Shown here: one piece after another, positions 1-12,120 of the stretch | Layout: every line of letters begins with the position of its first letter | How positions within the stretch are numbered: position 1 is the first letter of the stretch | Origin: Phoronis australis | Lineage: Eukaryota > Animalia > Phoronida | Direction: 5' to 3' | Assembly (NCBI GenBank): GCA_002633005.1 | Contig: NMRA01000011.1 | Location: forward strand, 691,370-755,369 | DNA: 64,000 nt | The notes under the pieces: generated by a model | The model's input: the letters and a program-made list of their open reading frames with translations, nothing else | Database searches by the model: none | Told to the model about the DNA's origin: nothing | Made by a program: the position numbers and the translations under genes

Positions 1-106
1 GAGAGTGGGCGATTACTCAAGAAGTGGGTGCTTAAAACCGAAAATTGACCAAAAGTCCGGATGGGCGATTACACGGGCATGGGCGTTGACCCGCGAGTTT
101 ACAGTA
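1..106. mobile_element. End of a Tc1/mariner (pogo-like) MITE
   Basis: Repeated TGGGCG motifs ending in ...GAGTTTACAG|TA, a terminus typical of TA-targeting MITEs. The other end lies outside the window. Confidence 0.35.
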
Positions 107-213
107 TAACACTAAACCTTAATTTGTTGATTTCCTCTGACACTGCTTGATTACTAACTGCACATGAAAGATGAAAGCATTATTCAGTTAACACATTCTT
201 TCATAGTGTGTCA

Positions 214-411
214 AAAGTGCAAGAAGTTGTGTCTCCCAATAGGTGGTATTTCCCTAAAACAGTCAGTTGTCTTATCTAAAGTGCAAGAAGCTGTGTCTCC
301 CAATAGGTGGTATTTCCCTAAAGCAGTCAGTTGTCTTATCTAAAGTGCAAGAAGCTGTGTTTCCCAATAGGTGGTATTTCCCTAAAGCAGTCAGTTGTCT
401 CATCCAAAGTG
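214..411. repeat. Minisatellite, 64 bp x ~3
   Basis: AAGTGCAAGAAG..TGTGTCTCCCAATAGGTGGTATTTCCCTAAA recurs at 215, 279 and 343. Confidence 0.9.
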
Positions 412-1000
412 TGAGGCCACACTTGCCCATGTAGAATCTCTGAGGAGTTTTCAAACCCACTCAGAACTTAAACATTGAAAACGTTAACACAGCATTATTT
501 TGTTTCATAGATGTTAGTGGTCCATTCCAAGTTAATATCTGTATTATACTAAAACATGGCTAGAGTCAAAACATTGTACCAAAAAGGAACAAAGTTGACA
601 GCCTGAGAAAGATCAGAGATTAAAGCATGAAGCTAATTAAAATGAGTGATAGATGTCAACCCTTTTTCCATTGTTAACACACTTATGAAGTTTCCTGAAA
701 AAATTGTCATTGTTATCATTTTACAAATGCTCACTGTATTGCCAAAATGTACATGATTTCATCGTTTGTTGAGGACAACTGTACTGTATAAAATTTTCAA
801 ATAATTAAGTAAAATCTGTCTTCTTGTAGAAAACATTGATCAAATAAAATTTTACTGTTCCGCCTACCACAATGCGATTATTATTTGGATGCTAAGAACA
901 AGGAATCGTGCATAGTTTGGCTGTAGAATTATTTCTAATAAAGCTAACTTTTGCAAATCGTAACGACACTCATTCCTATTGGTCATAAAGCATTACATAC

Positions 1001-1218
1001 CTTATCAATCCTGGGTACATTTAATTCAGGAGCTTTTTTGACAAATGCGATGCGTGAGTCTCCTCCGTAGGCCAGGAACTCACGGAGATCATAGCTGCAG
1101 TTAATATCTTCATGCTCAATTAACTTTTCTAGGTAGTGTTGGAGGTCATGACGTCTCTTCTCCACATGAGCCGAGTCCAGTAGAGGTAAGGTGAACCACT
1201 TTGTGGGCCCTTTGACAC
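1001..1218 (-). CDS. SNX19: Second identical copy of SNX19-like exon 3 (probable haplotype duplication in the assembly)
   Basis: Same translation and splice sites as 1812-2029. It lies in the 652-1463 / 1465-2274 duplication joined by a single n. Confidence 0.6.
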
Positions 1219-1811
1219 CTGAATAATGTGGTAACCACTTAATAGTGATGTCATCGTATAGAAACTGTAATTTTCTACTTAAACAGTGTAAGTCTATATT
1301 CACAGGACCATGTGATCATGAATCCAGATGGTCACATCTTGGGCTTAGAGGGGGTAACTTGCTCCAAAGTGGCTTAGAATTTTGCAGACACAGTATTATA
1401 CCAGTAATAATAAAAAATGATTCCAGGTGGTCTGATACACATTGTACGAGATGTTCACAGGCCNGATGTCAACCCTTTTCCATTCTTAACACACTTATGA
1501 AGTTTCCTGAAAAATTGTCATTGTTATCATTTTCCAAATGCTCACTGTATTGCCAAAACATACATGATGTCATTGTTTGTTGAGGACAACCGTACTGTTT
1601 AAAATTTTCAAATAATTAAGTACAGTCTGTCTTCTTGTAGAAAACATTGATCAAATAAAATTATACTGTTCCGCCTACCACAATGCAATTGTGATTTGGA
1701 TGCTAAGAACAAGGAATCGTGCATAGTTTGGCTGTAGAATTATTTCTAATAAAGCTAACTTTTGCAAATCGTAACGACACTCATTCCTATTGGTCATAAA
1801 GCATTACATAC

Positions 1812-2029
1812 CTTATCAATCCTGGGTACATTTAATTCAGGAGCTTTTTTGACAAATGCGATGCGTGAGTCTCCTCCGTAGGCCAGGAACTCACGGAGAT
1901 CATAGCTGCAGTTAATATCTTCATGCTCAATTAACTTTTCTAGGTAGTGTTGGAGGTCATGACGTCTCTTCTCCACATGAGCCGAGTCCAGTAGAGGTAA
2001 GGTGAACCACTTTGTGGGCCCTTTGACAC
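1812..2029 (-). CDS. SNX19: SNX19-like coding exon 3 (end of PX domain)
   Basis: TTCAG| acceptor, phase-compatible with exon 2. Translation GVKGPTKWF...LREFLAYGGDSRIAFVKKAPELNVPRIDK|GTATGT resembles SNX19 VKGPKKLF...EFLALNTDARIAFVKK...RIDK. Confidence 0.88.
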
Positions 2030-2575
2030 CTGAATAATGTGGTAACCACTTAATAGTGATGTCATCGTATAGAAACTGTAATTTTCTACTTAAACAGTGT
2101 AAGTCTATATTCACAGGACCATGTGATCATGAATCCAGATGGTCACATCTTGGGCTTAGAGGGGGTAACTTGTTCCAAAGTGGCTTAGAATTTTGCAGAC
2201 ACAGTATTATACCAGTAATAATAAAAAATGATTCCAGGTGGTCTGATACACATTGTACGAGATGTTCACAGGCCGCGCATGTGGGCCCATTGCACTGATC
2301 ACCTAGAGCCATTTTTGTGCTCTATTAATATTTAGTTAAAACCAAGTTGAGGAGCTAGAAACCTGACTCGAGGGTTTAGCAGTGTGACCTTTTGCGACTC
2401 AAACCCGCGACCTATCACACTAGGCCACACTGCCTCCTCACACAGTATTATGTAGGAACTAAAAATAAACTTGGCAGTTAATGAAGTCGCTGGAAATAGC
2501 CGCCAACACAATGTTTCCAGTGTCACCATAGAGCATAACATCGTAGTAGTAGTTGCGGCTTAAATGTATGCATAC

Positions 2576-2708
2576 CTCGAATACTCTCTTTATATATTGG
2601 GTTCTGCTCAAGCCTCGACTGTAGATTCACAAATTCACGATATCGTCTGTGGGCAAATCCTGAACCCTCCACCAGCTCTCCACTGTCATCTGTATACCAG
2701 GCTTGGTA
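2576..2708 (-). CDS. SNX19: SNX19-like coding exon 2 (PX domain core), absent from the ORF track
   Basis: TTTAG|TAC acceptor and G|GTATG donor. It translates in frame with exon 1 as YQAWYTDDSGELVEGSGFAHRRYREFVNLQSRLEQNPIYKESIR, matching the SNX19 PX motif RRYREFLNLQTRLE. Confidence 0.9.
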
Positions 2709-4366
2709 CTAAAGGAATTTGACAAAAGAAAATCCATGACATTAGCGAAGGAAAATATATATATATATAAACGACTTTAAACGTGCTCAATAGTGCAAAA
2801 TATTGGCATCTTATCGAGTCAGACATCAATATCTCAAAGAAATCACTCCATTTCACGAAAGTATAAGCTGCTGAAATAAGCTTGAGCTCTGTTTAAACAA
2901 AGTTTTGCTTGCTGTAGACCAACTACTGAAATAAACTTGTTCCGTCCTGGTTGGTGGGTGAAAATTAAGTGAATTTTGGTCTGGAAAGGTCTCAAACTCT
3001 CTTCAATTTTAGTAATGTACAAGTTGAGACCAATTTCATTACTATTAAGTGGTCTAACTTATTTTTTCTAGAGAATATGGGTTTTATAGCAGGCTTTAGT
3101 TATTACTAGTTCAAGACAAAGTATTCAGACACAATGCCTTGCAATTCCTGTCATGAAGACTGGGCAGAAGCCAAATTCCTCGTCACAGTGGTCTTCCCCA
3201 ATGATCCAGGATGAAGGAGATTCAACAGGAAAGTTAGCAAGGTGGCTAAGTCATTCCGTAATTAGAATTTTGTGGCTCTAATAGTCATTACCAGCCATGT
3301 TTGCTGTGGAAAGAGTCAGATGTCATGACAGGAAAAACCGTAATCTGTTTATTTTTGCTTTCTACTGCATTCCATTGATCAAACAACAAACTGCTTGTAA
3401 ACTTGAAAACAATATGGCTCACAAATGCCATTATTTCGTAACATTTTTTTCATAAACAATAAGTAGCACCAGTAAAAGTAATTTTTATGGTGTTAGCAGT
3501 TGTGCAGTACATACAAGTTCTATATGTCAATGTTTAGAAAAAATGTGGCGAAAACAATTTTGTTCAGTCAGTATTGTAAACACTAATGAAGTGGGATGAG
3601 TGGGTTGAGACTGCTGTTTGTAGAATATCTTGATATCAGTAATTGTACATCACCTCTGGTCAAAATTAACATTGTACATTGTTTGCAAACTTTCACCTCT
3701 GTCACTAAAAATTAATTCAATTAAACCTCTAAAAAATAAAAATGATAAAGTTCTGCAGATTCTAACCTATCTTCATCTGTATTGGTAGACGGAGAAGAAT
3801 TGTGCATTGTTTCATCTTATATGATTTTCTAGCAAAGAAAAATCAAATTTGAAATAGCACACCAAAATTGAGCAAGTACCCAAGTATGGTCTCCTATTCA
3901 GCCACATAGCACATTCGTCAGTTCACATCTCAAAAACTACATGCTCAAACTCAGGGGCCAATCAAAATTCTGCGCTAATATCCTGGCCCTCGACCACATA
4001 CTTGCCTCTAAACTCAGCACTACATTACACTAATGCTTGAAGCTGACAGGAGCAAACTTCTCCGCCTGGAAACAATCTGATTGAGACTAGAGCAAAATGT
4101 GGTTAACCCGTAATGATCTTTCAAACAGAATTGAAATATTTTGCTTGCCAGAAAAATATACACAATAATATTTAAATAAATATTACCTCATCAATCTATA
4201 CACATTCATAAGCAGTGGACTGTATCTCGCTACGTACTAGTAAGTACAGTAGACCTAGGCAGTATCAATAGCAAGCGTTTTTTCAGTTCTGTAAATTTTT
4301 TAATAGTATATTTGATTGGCAGTGGTTTGGATTTTTACAACGCTCAGTCTGAACGTGGATACTTAC

Positions 4367-6319
4367 CTCAATTAGGTAAAGTACATAGTGTGAAGAGCTG
4401 TTAGGTTCTCTGACTTTTCTGCAGTCACTTATCACTATGTTCTTGAATAGAAGCCCAGGAATGCTTTTAATCACGTCTGGATTGGTCTGGTTCTCAAGAC
4501 GATAATTTGGCACTTTAGCACTTTCAGTTTGCTGAATAGAAATACTTTGTGAGCTATCAACAGGTTGTGGCAGAGAAGCTGTAATCTTCATGTACTCAGC
4601 AGCCATGTCCACTTCATCAAAGGGTGAATGCGTATTCATACAACTAAGCTGTTCCTCATGAAAAATGTTTGCACTGGTTGGACTCACCGATTTGGGTGAG
4701 ACACTTAGCTCATTGGGTCTAACTGGAAATTCATTAATGTCTGCGTCCGATGAGTTTGAACAAGAGCGAATCGGAAGACTTGGTTTCAACATTGTCAGAG
4801 GTAAAATAGACGGACTCTCTGATATTGGACTGTCATTCGTTTCACATTTACTCTGAACATCATAAGATAAGCTGCTTTTGCTGCTGACACTACTGGAAAC
4901 AGATAAAGTATCAGGAGTCACACTGTGGCTGTGGCGTGGTGGCGAGGAAGATTGAAAGAGTCCCAATCTACTAAAGTACGCTGATTTGACATCATGCTGT
5001 ATCAGTTTTGATGAACTGCTAGCGCCATCTGAACTTCTACCAACAGAATGAGTGTGAGCTGTACCCGAGTGAACTACAGACTTGTCTATATGTTGCTGTA
5101 ACTGATTGAAGATGGCGCTAGTGTCAGAGATAGAAGATAAGGACATGAGATGGTCTGTAGGGTTTGTGAAGCAATCATTCAACACAGGAGTTGTATAAGA
5201 ATGTGCCAAACCTCTTGTCTGATACACTAGACTTTGTATTGCACTATCATCCATACTTTTTCGTGTCACACACGATGATTCAGTGGCCGCATGACTCCTC
5301 TCATCCAAAGAAATATCAATCTGGCCGTGGTTGTCACTATGTCCATTCAAATCAAATATCACAGATTTCTTGTGTTCACTTGGCACTGCTTTGTTAACAC
5401 ACTCTACACTTTTTCTACCTGGAATGCTGTCATTTGCAAGATTTTCAACGTTGTCTGCGTCAGTTGACCTGTTTTGACTTGATATTTCAATCTCTTCGTC
5501 CGATAAAAGTTTTATGATAACAGTATGAAGCCAGTTGGTTTCACACATCATATCTATCAAAGGTAACAGCACATTGAAAGCCAAAATCTCTGATAAACCC
5601 TCAAGTGCAGGATAACAATTGTCCACTTCAGCACTGTTCAGTTGCAGTAAAAGGAAACGAGATACCGCTAGCAAATATCTATACTCCACATCTTTGTCAT
5701 TGACAGCTGGATGAGTGTGAGAAATCTGTAAGAATAGCTGCACAACTTGTTCAGAGCACATCTCCTGTGATAAAGAGGAAGCCTCTTGAAAATATGCAAG
5801 CTGATTCTGGTATAGCTCTATAACCTTAATGATCAAAGGATATTTGTCAACATTTTCAACACGTTTCACCGCACATTGAAGCATGTCATCCAATGTCGTC
5901 TGTAGTCTGCCACATTCATCATCCGATTCGCTAATGACAATGTACCAAGATTTAACGAAATCTCGCCAAAACAGCGCTTTAAATCTGGACATTTCCTGAG
6001 AAATGGTATCAGTTTCATTAGTCTCGTACAATTCATCACCTGTAGTTTTCTTCTTTGCACCTTCTTCGTTTAGATCATTATGAGATGATTCTTTAGGAGA
6101 TGTAATGCACGTTTTAATTGTATAAATTAATTCTAATACTACGTCACTGTTCCAAATTCGGCCGCTTTGGGGCGTCTGAAATGCTAAATCCAAATAAACA
6201 TAACTGAACCAACCGATCACGGCGACTAGAAGAACAGTTTTTCCGAAATCCCAGTACAGGCATAATACAAAAAGGGTAAGTAAAATGATTAACACTTTTA
6301 ACAAATTTCTGTGCTTCAT
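4367..6319 (-). CDS. SNX19: Sorting nexin 19-like gene, large first coding exon (N-terminal transmembrane helices, PXA domain, Ser-rich linker, start of PX domain)
   Basis: Long ORF with a hydrophobic N-terminus and the PXA-like segment EMSRFKALFWRDFVKSWY. It ends at ...HYVLYLIE followed by the donor GAG|GTAAGT (4367/4366). No RGS domain is evident, which fits SNX19 rather than SNX13/14/25. Confidence 0.88.
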
Positions 6320-6379
6320 GGCAACACATTCTGGCCCACGTCAAACATCTTGTCTAGTCTTTCTAAATTTATGAACAGG

Positions 6380-6430
6380 AAGCTGCCATTTTGAATATCA
6401 TGTGATTTTGATGCGCCATCTTTCGGCAAA
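6380..6430 (-). promoter_or_regulatory. Probable SNX19-like proximal promoter / 5' region with YY1-type motifs
   Basis: Two motifs, AAGATGGCG and AAAATGGCAG, lie on the minus strand just upstream of the ATG at 6319. This is the usual position of YY1 motifs near housekeeping start sites. Confidence 0.35.
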
Positions 6431-7313
6431 AACCAAAAGCCTATAGAATTAGAAATCGACAATGAACTTAACTCATATCGCCGATTCTTCAATCAACTGT
6501 TCTTCTTCCACCAGGTTGTGTACATGTCATAACAAAACATCGAAACTGGTATTAATTTTTTTTTCAGTATTCAGAACAAATTTTGTTGCTGCTCGACCAC
6601 AACTTGAGAAGTCGCAACTATTCAAAGAGGCAGTGCCTGCGCGTGTCACGATCGAGCGCATTGTTTTCAAAGCTACGATAGACATTTTGTTGTTACAATA
6701 GACGAGAAATGTGTAAGAAAGTGACACTTTGATTGTTTTCACGGTTTTTCACTTCAAACTGTTACAACGTTCATGTTGATAAGAATTTGCACTGTGCTAA
6801 ATCAAATAACATGTTGACTGATAAAATAACATAAATTTTAACCCATCTTTATTCAAATATCGGCGACTTTTCGCCAAACAATAATTCAGTCTTTAACCAT
6901 TCACACATTCCTCCAGTTGACACAATCGGAATTACGTTAAGGGGAAATCATGAGACCAATAATTAAGATGACAAAAATTCATTACACTGAACAAAAATTC
7001 CACCTGATTACTCTCATGAAAATTCAATTCCAAGTTCACACATCATTCGGCGGGCACCCAGAGCCCAAAACAATGGGGGCTCGAATTTTTGACAATGTGG
7101 ACCTTTTATCAAGATTCACGGAGCACGTTCAGAGCTATGAATTGCCGTGCATTCGCTAAATTTTGGTAGCGGTTCCTGCATGTTTAGGGGAGTTTTGTCT
7201 CGTTTTCGACTTTTTTTGGACTATTTTTTTTTTCTCTGAGGTAAACCTTTTTTCCACTTAGCCAAATGGGGGCGTTCGTTGGAGCCCCCTGCCGATGATA
7301 GGCACATTTTTCA

Positions 7314-7888
7314 TAAACCTAACTAGCTGGCTAGTTTTTGTGCATCGGGAACGTCAAAAGCATTGCGTCATTGGGTTCTATGCGCAGTCCCGGGTTCTTT
7401 GTTTGCCGGGTTTTGTGTCCCGGGTTCTATGTGTCCCGTTTTATGGATTTCGGGAGTGTCCCAGGTTCTATGTGGCTGCTTTTATATATATGTATATCCC
7501 GGTCTTTTGCGTTATCATAGTCAAGTCCAGGCGCTAAGCAAACGAGTGTGCACGTTTTAGCTACAACTGCCATTTTAGGTTCACATGACAATTTTGAGGT
7601 ANTAAACCTAACTAGCTGGCTAGTTTTTGTGCAGCGGGAACGTCAAAAGCATTGCGTTTGGGTTCTATGCGCAGTCCCGGGTTCTTTGTGTGCCGGGTTT
7701 TGTGTCCCGGGTTCTATGTGTCCCGTTTTATGGATTTCGGGAGTGTCCCAGGTTCTATGTGGCTGGTTTTATATATATGTATATCCCGGTCTTTTGCGTT
7801 ACCATAGTCAAGTCCAGGCGCTAAGCAAACGAGTGTGCACGTTTTAGCTACAACTGCCATTTTAGGTTCACATGACAATTTTGAGGTA
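7314..7888. repeat. Apparent tandem duplication (7314-7601 / 7603-7888) joined by a single n, with internal short GTCCCGGGTTCT repeats
   Basis: Direct comparison of the two copies; n at 7602. Confidence 0.9.
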
Positions 7889-9348
7889 CAAGGGCAGAAA
7901 ATTGACTCCATTAACCCTGATTTGCATAAGTAATTAGGTGAAAATTTGGCTTAGTAATAGCGTATCGACATGCAGGCATCTCTGGAACCACTTGACAGAG
8001 TCTTGGGATCTTTGGGTTGATTCTTATGTTCACCAGGGCGCCCAATTAATTCTTGATACTTACAAGGTCATTCAAGGTCAGGATCACGTGACACTGGTTT
8101 CCCAAAAAACCGTTGTCTTGCGACAAATGAACATTGTAACATTCAGACCACAGACAGTATGTGCAGATTTCATAAGAAATTTCCATACTTAGTCCAAATG
8201 ACAATTCTGAGTTGTCTTTTGAAACCTGATAAAAGGAAAAATAATTCACATGAGCACGGAGAAAATATTCAATATGTTTTTTCTGAAACCGGGGAAGGAT
8301 TTGCTGGTATTAAAATAATAAAAGAATATAAGAAAACGAAACCTGTTTCCGCGCAATAGGTTGTTGTGACATGAACGCAACCTTGTGGAAGAAGAACAAT
8401 TAATTCAAGAATCGGCGAAAAAAGAAACCCTTGACCAACAAGTGACGGTATATTTTTCGACGCCGAAAGCCGACGCCGCATGATAGCTCGGAGGTCACAA
8501 TGGCTTAGCCGCAGAATCAACGGTAGAAGAACGCCTATTTTTCTAACACATGCAGTAAATAATTTAGTTTACTCATTAATGACACTCATTTTGTGTCAGA
8601 TTTTATTCGGCCAGTTTTTCACCCACATCGGCGCAAAGCTGTATATTTATAGTATACAGCTTTGCACCATAGACGTAGAGTATCTAAGTTTGCACAAACG
8701 GAGCTGGTGCGCCAGTTGTATCTCCTAAACCGCTTGCAGGATCTTTAGTAAATTTAGCAAGTGTATTTATGACAGCGGACAATGACCACTTTCGGACGGA
8801 ACAGACTACCGGTGTGCCTTGCCCCCTAGTGGCAATTTAGTTTTTACGTTAACCTCTGTATCTTCACAAAAGGTCCTCACCGGGTTTTCATAAAATTTGG
8901 AATATAAGAAGGTAGTGTTGAGATGACGCTATCATTGGCGGCGCAGCAGTGAAAAAGTGAGGGCTATAGCCGCTATAGCCCCTCCCCCAGTCCCCTATGG
9001 TGCCCCATGGGTGTCCTCTCATTTTCGGATGGAATCGAAGTGTATTGTGCCACCTAGTGGCCAATGATTTTTGCTGTTTTCGGGTGTTTTTTGGCATTCC
9101 CCCTTGTAATCATTTAAATTGCACTAAGGGACGCATCCAACTTTAGAGTAAGGCAAATAAATGCACATGTAGTATTTTAATATCAATTTGGAAACAGTGA
9201 CGTCCACGAATAATTCAATTCATTTATTCTTTCTTAAATCGGCACTGCAATTGATCTAGATTCTCACGTAACTCGTTTCGGGTAGCGATTTGTGAAGTAG
9301 GGTTTTATAGGAGAATGAAACGCACACTGTGTCTTTTAATGACACTAT

Positions 9349-11211
9349 CAGAACCATTAAACGGACTTCAGTATCAACTGAAGACAATTACGCACTAGAA
9401 TAAATTTTATGCATCAAACTACATTTGTATCGCTGTATTTCTTAGTTTGAGGCCGATAGCCTAAACTTTTCAAACATTATGCCATGATGCCTTCATTCGA
9501 GCTAACTGTAAGACTATAATACATGCATTCACGGTTTCGTCCACAAGGTGCAGTAACCAAAGCAATCTTCCTGCATTTGACATGTACGTGTAACCGGACC
9601 AGAAAATTGTTTAGACCATTACTTTTCGAAACATATCTGCTAGCTTGCGTAAAAATTGCAAATTTGCGATTTTGTGAATATTCATGGTTTCTGATGCTAA
9701 GGTCAATTTTGGAGCACATTAAAAGACTCTATGACGTCTTTCGAAATCCGGAAATTTGCAAGACAACCTCAACACCACGAAGGCCATCCCAGGCTCTTTA
9801 TTTGTATCAAAAATTGTTTTCGTCTTTTCGTGCGCGTTTAAATGTGGGGTGCAGTGGCGGATCTACGTTTTCACCAAGGGGGGGGTTTAGGATTCCCGCT
9901 AAGGTCGAATCCTAGGCGCGTGCGCCGAGCGTGGGGAGGTCGGGAGGGGGGTTTCCCCTACCGTGTAAGATATTTTTTGTTTTTGTAGCCAAATAGTGAA
10001 ATTTCCATACACCCTGGTAAGTTTCTGGCACTTAACATGTCTCTGGAGTTTTTCTTGAGATAATTAAAAACCCTTCTCGATTTCATCACATGAACTTGGC
10101 ACATAAGTTTCGTGAAACCATATTGTGCACATCTGGGTATGAGTCACGCCACCAGCAAAAATTTTTGTTGGAACATCTGCTTACACACACCTTATACGAA
10201 AAGTCGTATACGAAAAAGTGTGGTGTGTATACAGGGGTTTAGACAATTTCCAAATATTCAGGAGCATAATTAAGGAGCACCGACGGGGCGTAAAAACTTG
10301 AATATCAGATAATCGCGTAACAGCAGCCACAAGTTGTTTAACTGGAACGAAGACCTGTACTGTTAGTCCGGAAATAAACATGTGTTCTGTCTCGTTACGA
10401 GAAAAACTGGTGAACGATGATGCTCTCAACTCATAAGCGACAATAAATAATTAGGTATCACTTTATTAAGCTGAATCACGTTGACAACAATTGAAAAACG
10501 TCAAATCTATCAGGAAACAAATCATCTGAAAACAGTTTCACGAAACCAAAACATCCTGTGCACAGTGGTGAAAAGATACACTGGACTAGTTTGCAGAGGG
10601 ACCAGATGTACACTGAGAGTACACAAAAAGCTGACCTGGTCCGTCACGAGACCAAGAGTACACCTGTGCTTATTATCCCTATAAAAATAGTCGATCTGTC
10701 GCGGGACCANTCAGGACCATTAAACGAACTTCAATATCAACTGAATGCAATTATGCAACAGAATAAATTTTATGCATCAAACTACATTTGTATCACTGTA
10801 TTTCTTAGTTTGAGGCCGTTAGCCTAAACTTCTCAAACATTATGCCATGATGCCTTCATTCGAGCTAACTATAAGACTATAATACATGCATCCACGGTTT
10901 CGTCCACAAGGTGCAGTAACCAAAGCAATCTTCCTGCATTTGACATGTACGTGTAACCGGACCAGAAAACTGTTTAGAACATTATTTTTCGAAACATGTC
11001 TGCTAGCTTGCATAAAAATTGCAAATTTGCGATTTTGTGAATATTCATGGTTTCTGATGCTAAGATCAATTTTGGAGCGCATTAAAAGACTCTATGACGT
11101 CTTTCGAAATCCGTAAATTTGCAAGACAACCTCAACATCACGAAGGCCATCCCAGGCTCTTTATTTGTATCAAAAATTGTTTTCGTCTTTTCGTGCGCGT
11201 TTAGATGTGGG
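9349..11211. repeat. Duplicated segment 9349-9849 / 10711-11211; the first copy is followed by an extra insertion
   Basis: Near-identical ~500 bp copies with n at 10710. The first copy diverges at a CAGTGGCGGATCT terminus (9852). Confidence 0.85.
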
Positions 11212-12120
11212 GGGCTCGACTTTTTGAGAAGGTGGACCCTCTAGGAAAAAGATGGAGTTCGCCGAATTCCTGCCTTTTTAGTGGGCTTTTGTCTCGTTTT
11301 CTCGGATTTCTTGTTTCTGTGAGGCGGAACGTTTTCCCCACTTGCCCCCTCCCGCCCCCTCCCGGTGCGCATGCAATTTTTCACCGTCTGTTGTTTATTG
11401 CCTGATCCACAACAAGTACAATGTAAAATCGGATTGTTTACATTTCACGTAGTGCTCCACCAAGCAAATGTGCCTCATCGCTGGTTCCCTGCGTGGTACT
11501 AAGCCCAGCCAGCACGTGTGCTGGCGCGGTTACCGCCCCACCTAGCGGCACGCAGGGAATCAGCGAGGCGAATGTGCGCGCGCTACGCATGCGCGCAACC
11601 ATGCACTTCTGTGTTACGAGTAGGCCTCCGGGATGCATGTATGGATGCTGTGACCCTTCACTATAGTCACCCTGGCGTCTCCACTGGTTTACACCGACAA
11701 TTCTTATATTGATTTATTATTTGGCAGAACCGATTCAGTCCGCCTAACTAGTCCTAGGTTCTGTTTGAACTCGTAATTTAACGACGGAGAAATAGTTGTA
11801 TTGCGTAAAAATGAACTTTGTTGAAAACCGTAAGAAATATAAACACGCTTTCAGTGGCATAAACTGGATATTTACCGTTATATCACCTTTTTTCATACCA
11901 ACTGAGAAGTGATTTTCGTTCTTGGAACGAACAACGAGATATTTGTCGTGCCTAAGTGTATTATTGGACGTATAATTATAACGAAATCTCGTATGGCAGT
12001 ATTTGCTAACATAAAACGTGGTGGGTCAATTCTCCGATGATCATGCAGTTGCATAGGTTAGCAAATGATAGCAAAAAGGCACTACCAATTGTAACTCATC
12101 AAGATAAATTACGTATGTCG

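Larger units (their letters stand above)
652..2274. repeat. Apparent tandem duplication (652-1463 / 1465-2274) joined by a single n
   Basis: Near-identical copies with SNPs mainly in the intron; n at 1464. Confidence 0.9.

Noticed and set aside
214-411. CRISPR-like array
   Set aside because: Contiguous 64 bp units with no unique spacers, lying in a eukaryotic intron.
983-2114. Tandemly duplicated SNX exon as mutually exclusive splicing
   Set aside because: The exon copies are identical and joined by a single n, like four other duplications here, so an assembly artefact is more likely.
4283-4366. C-terminal tail of the 678 aa ORF
   Set aside because: It is intron read-through past the GTAAGT donor at 4366.
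6462-6701. Divergent head-to-head gene sharing the SNX19-like promoter
   Set aside because: Short ORF with a weak donor and no recognisable downstream exons.
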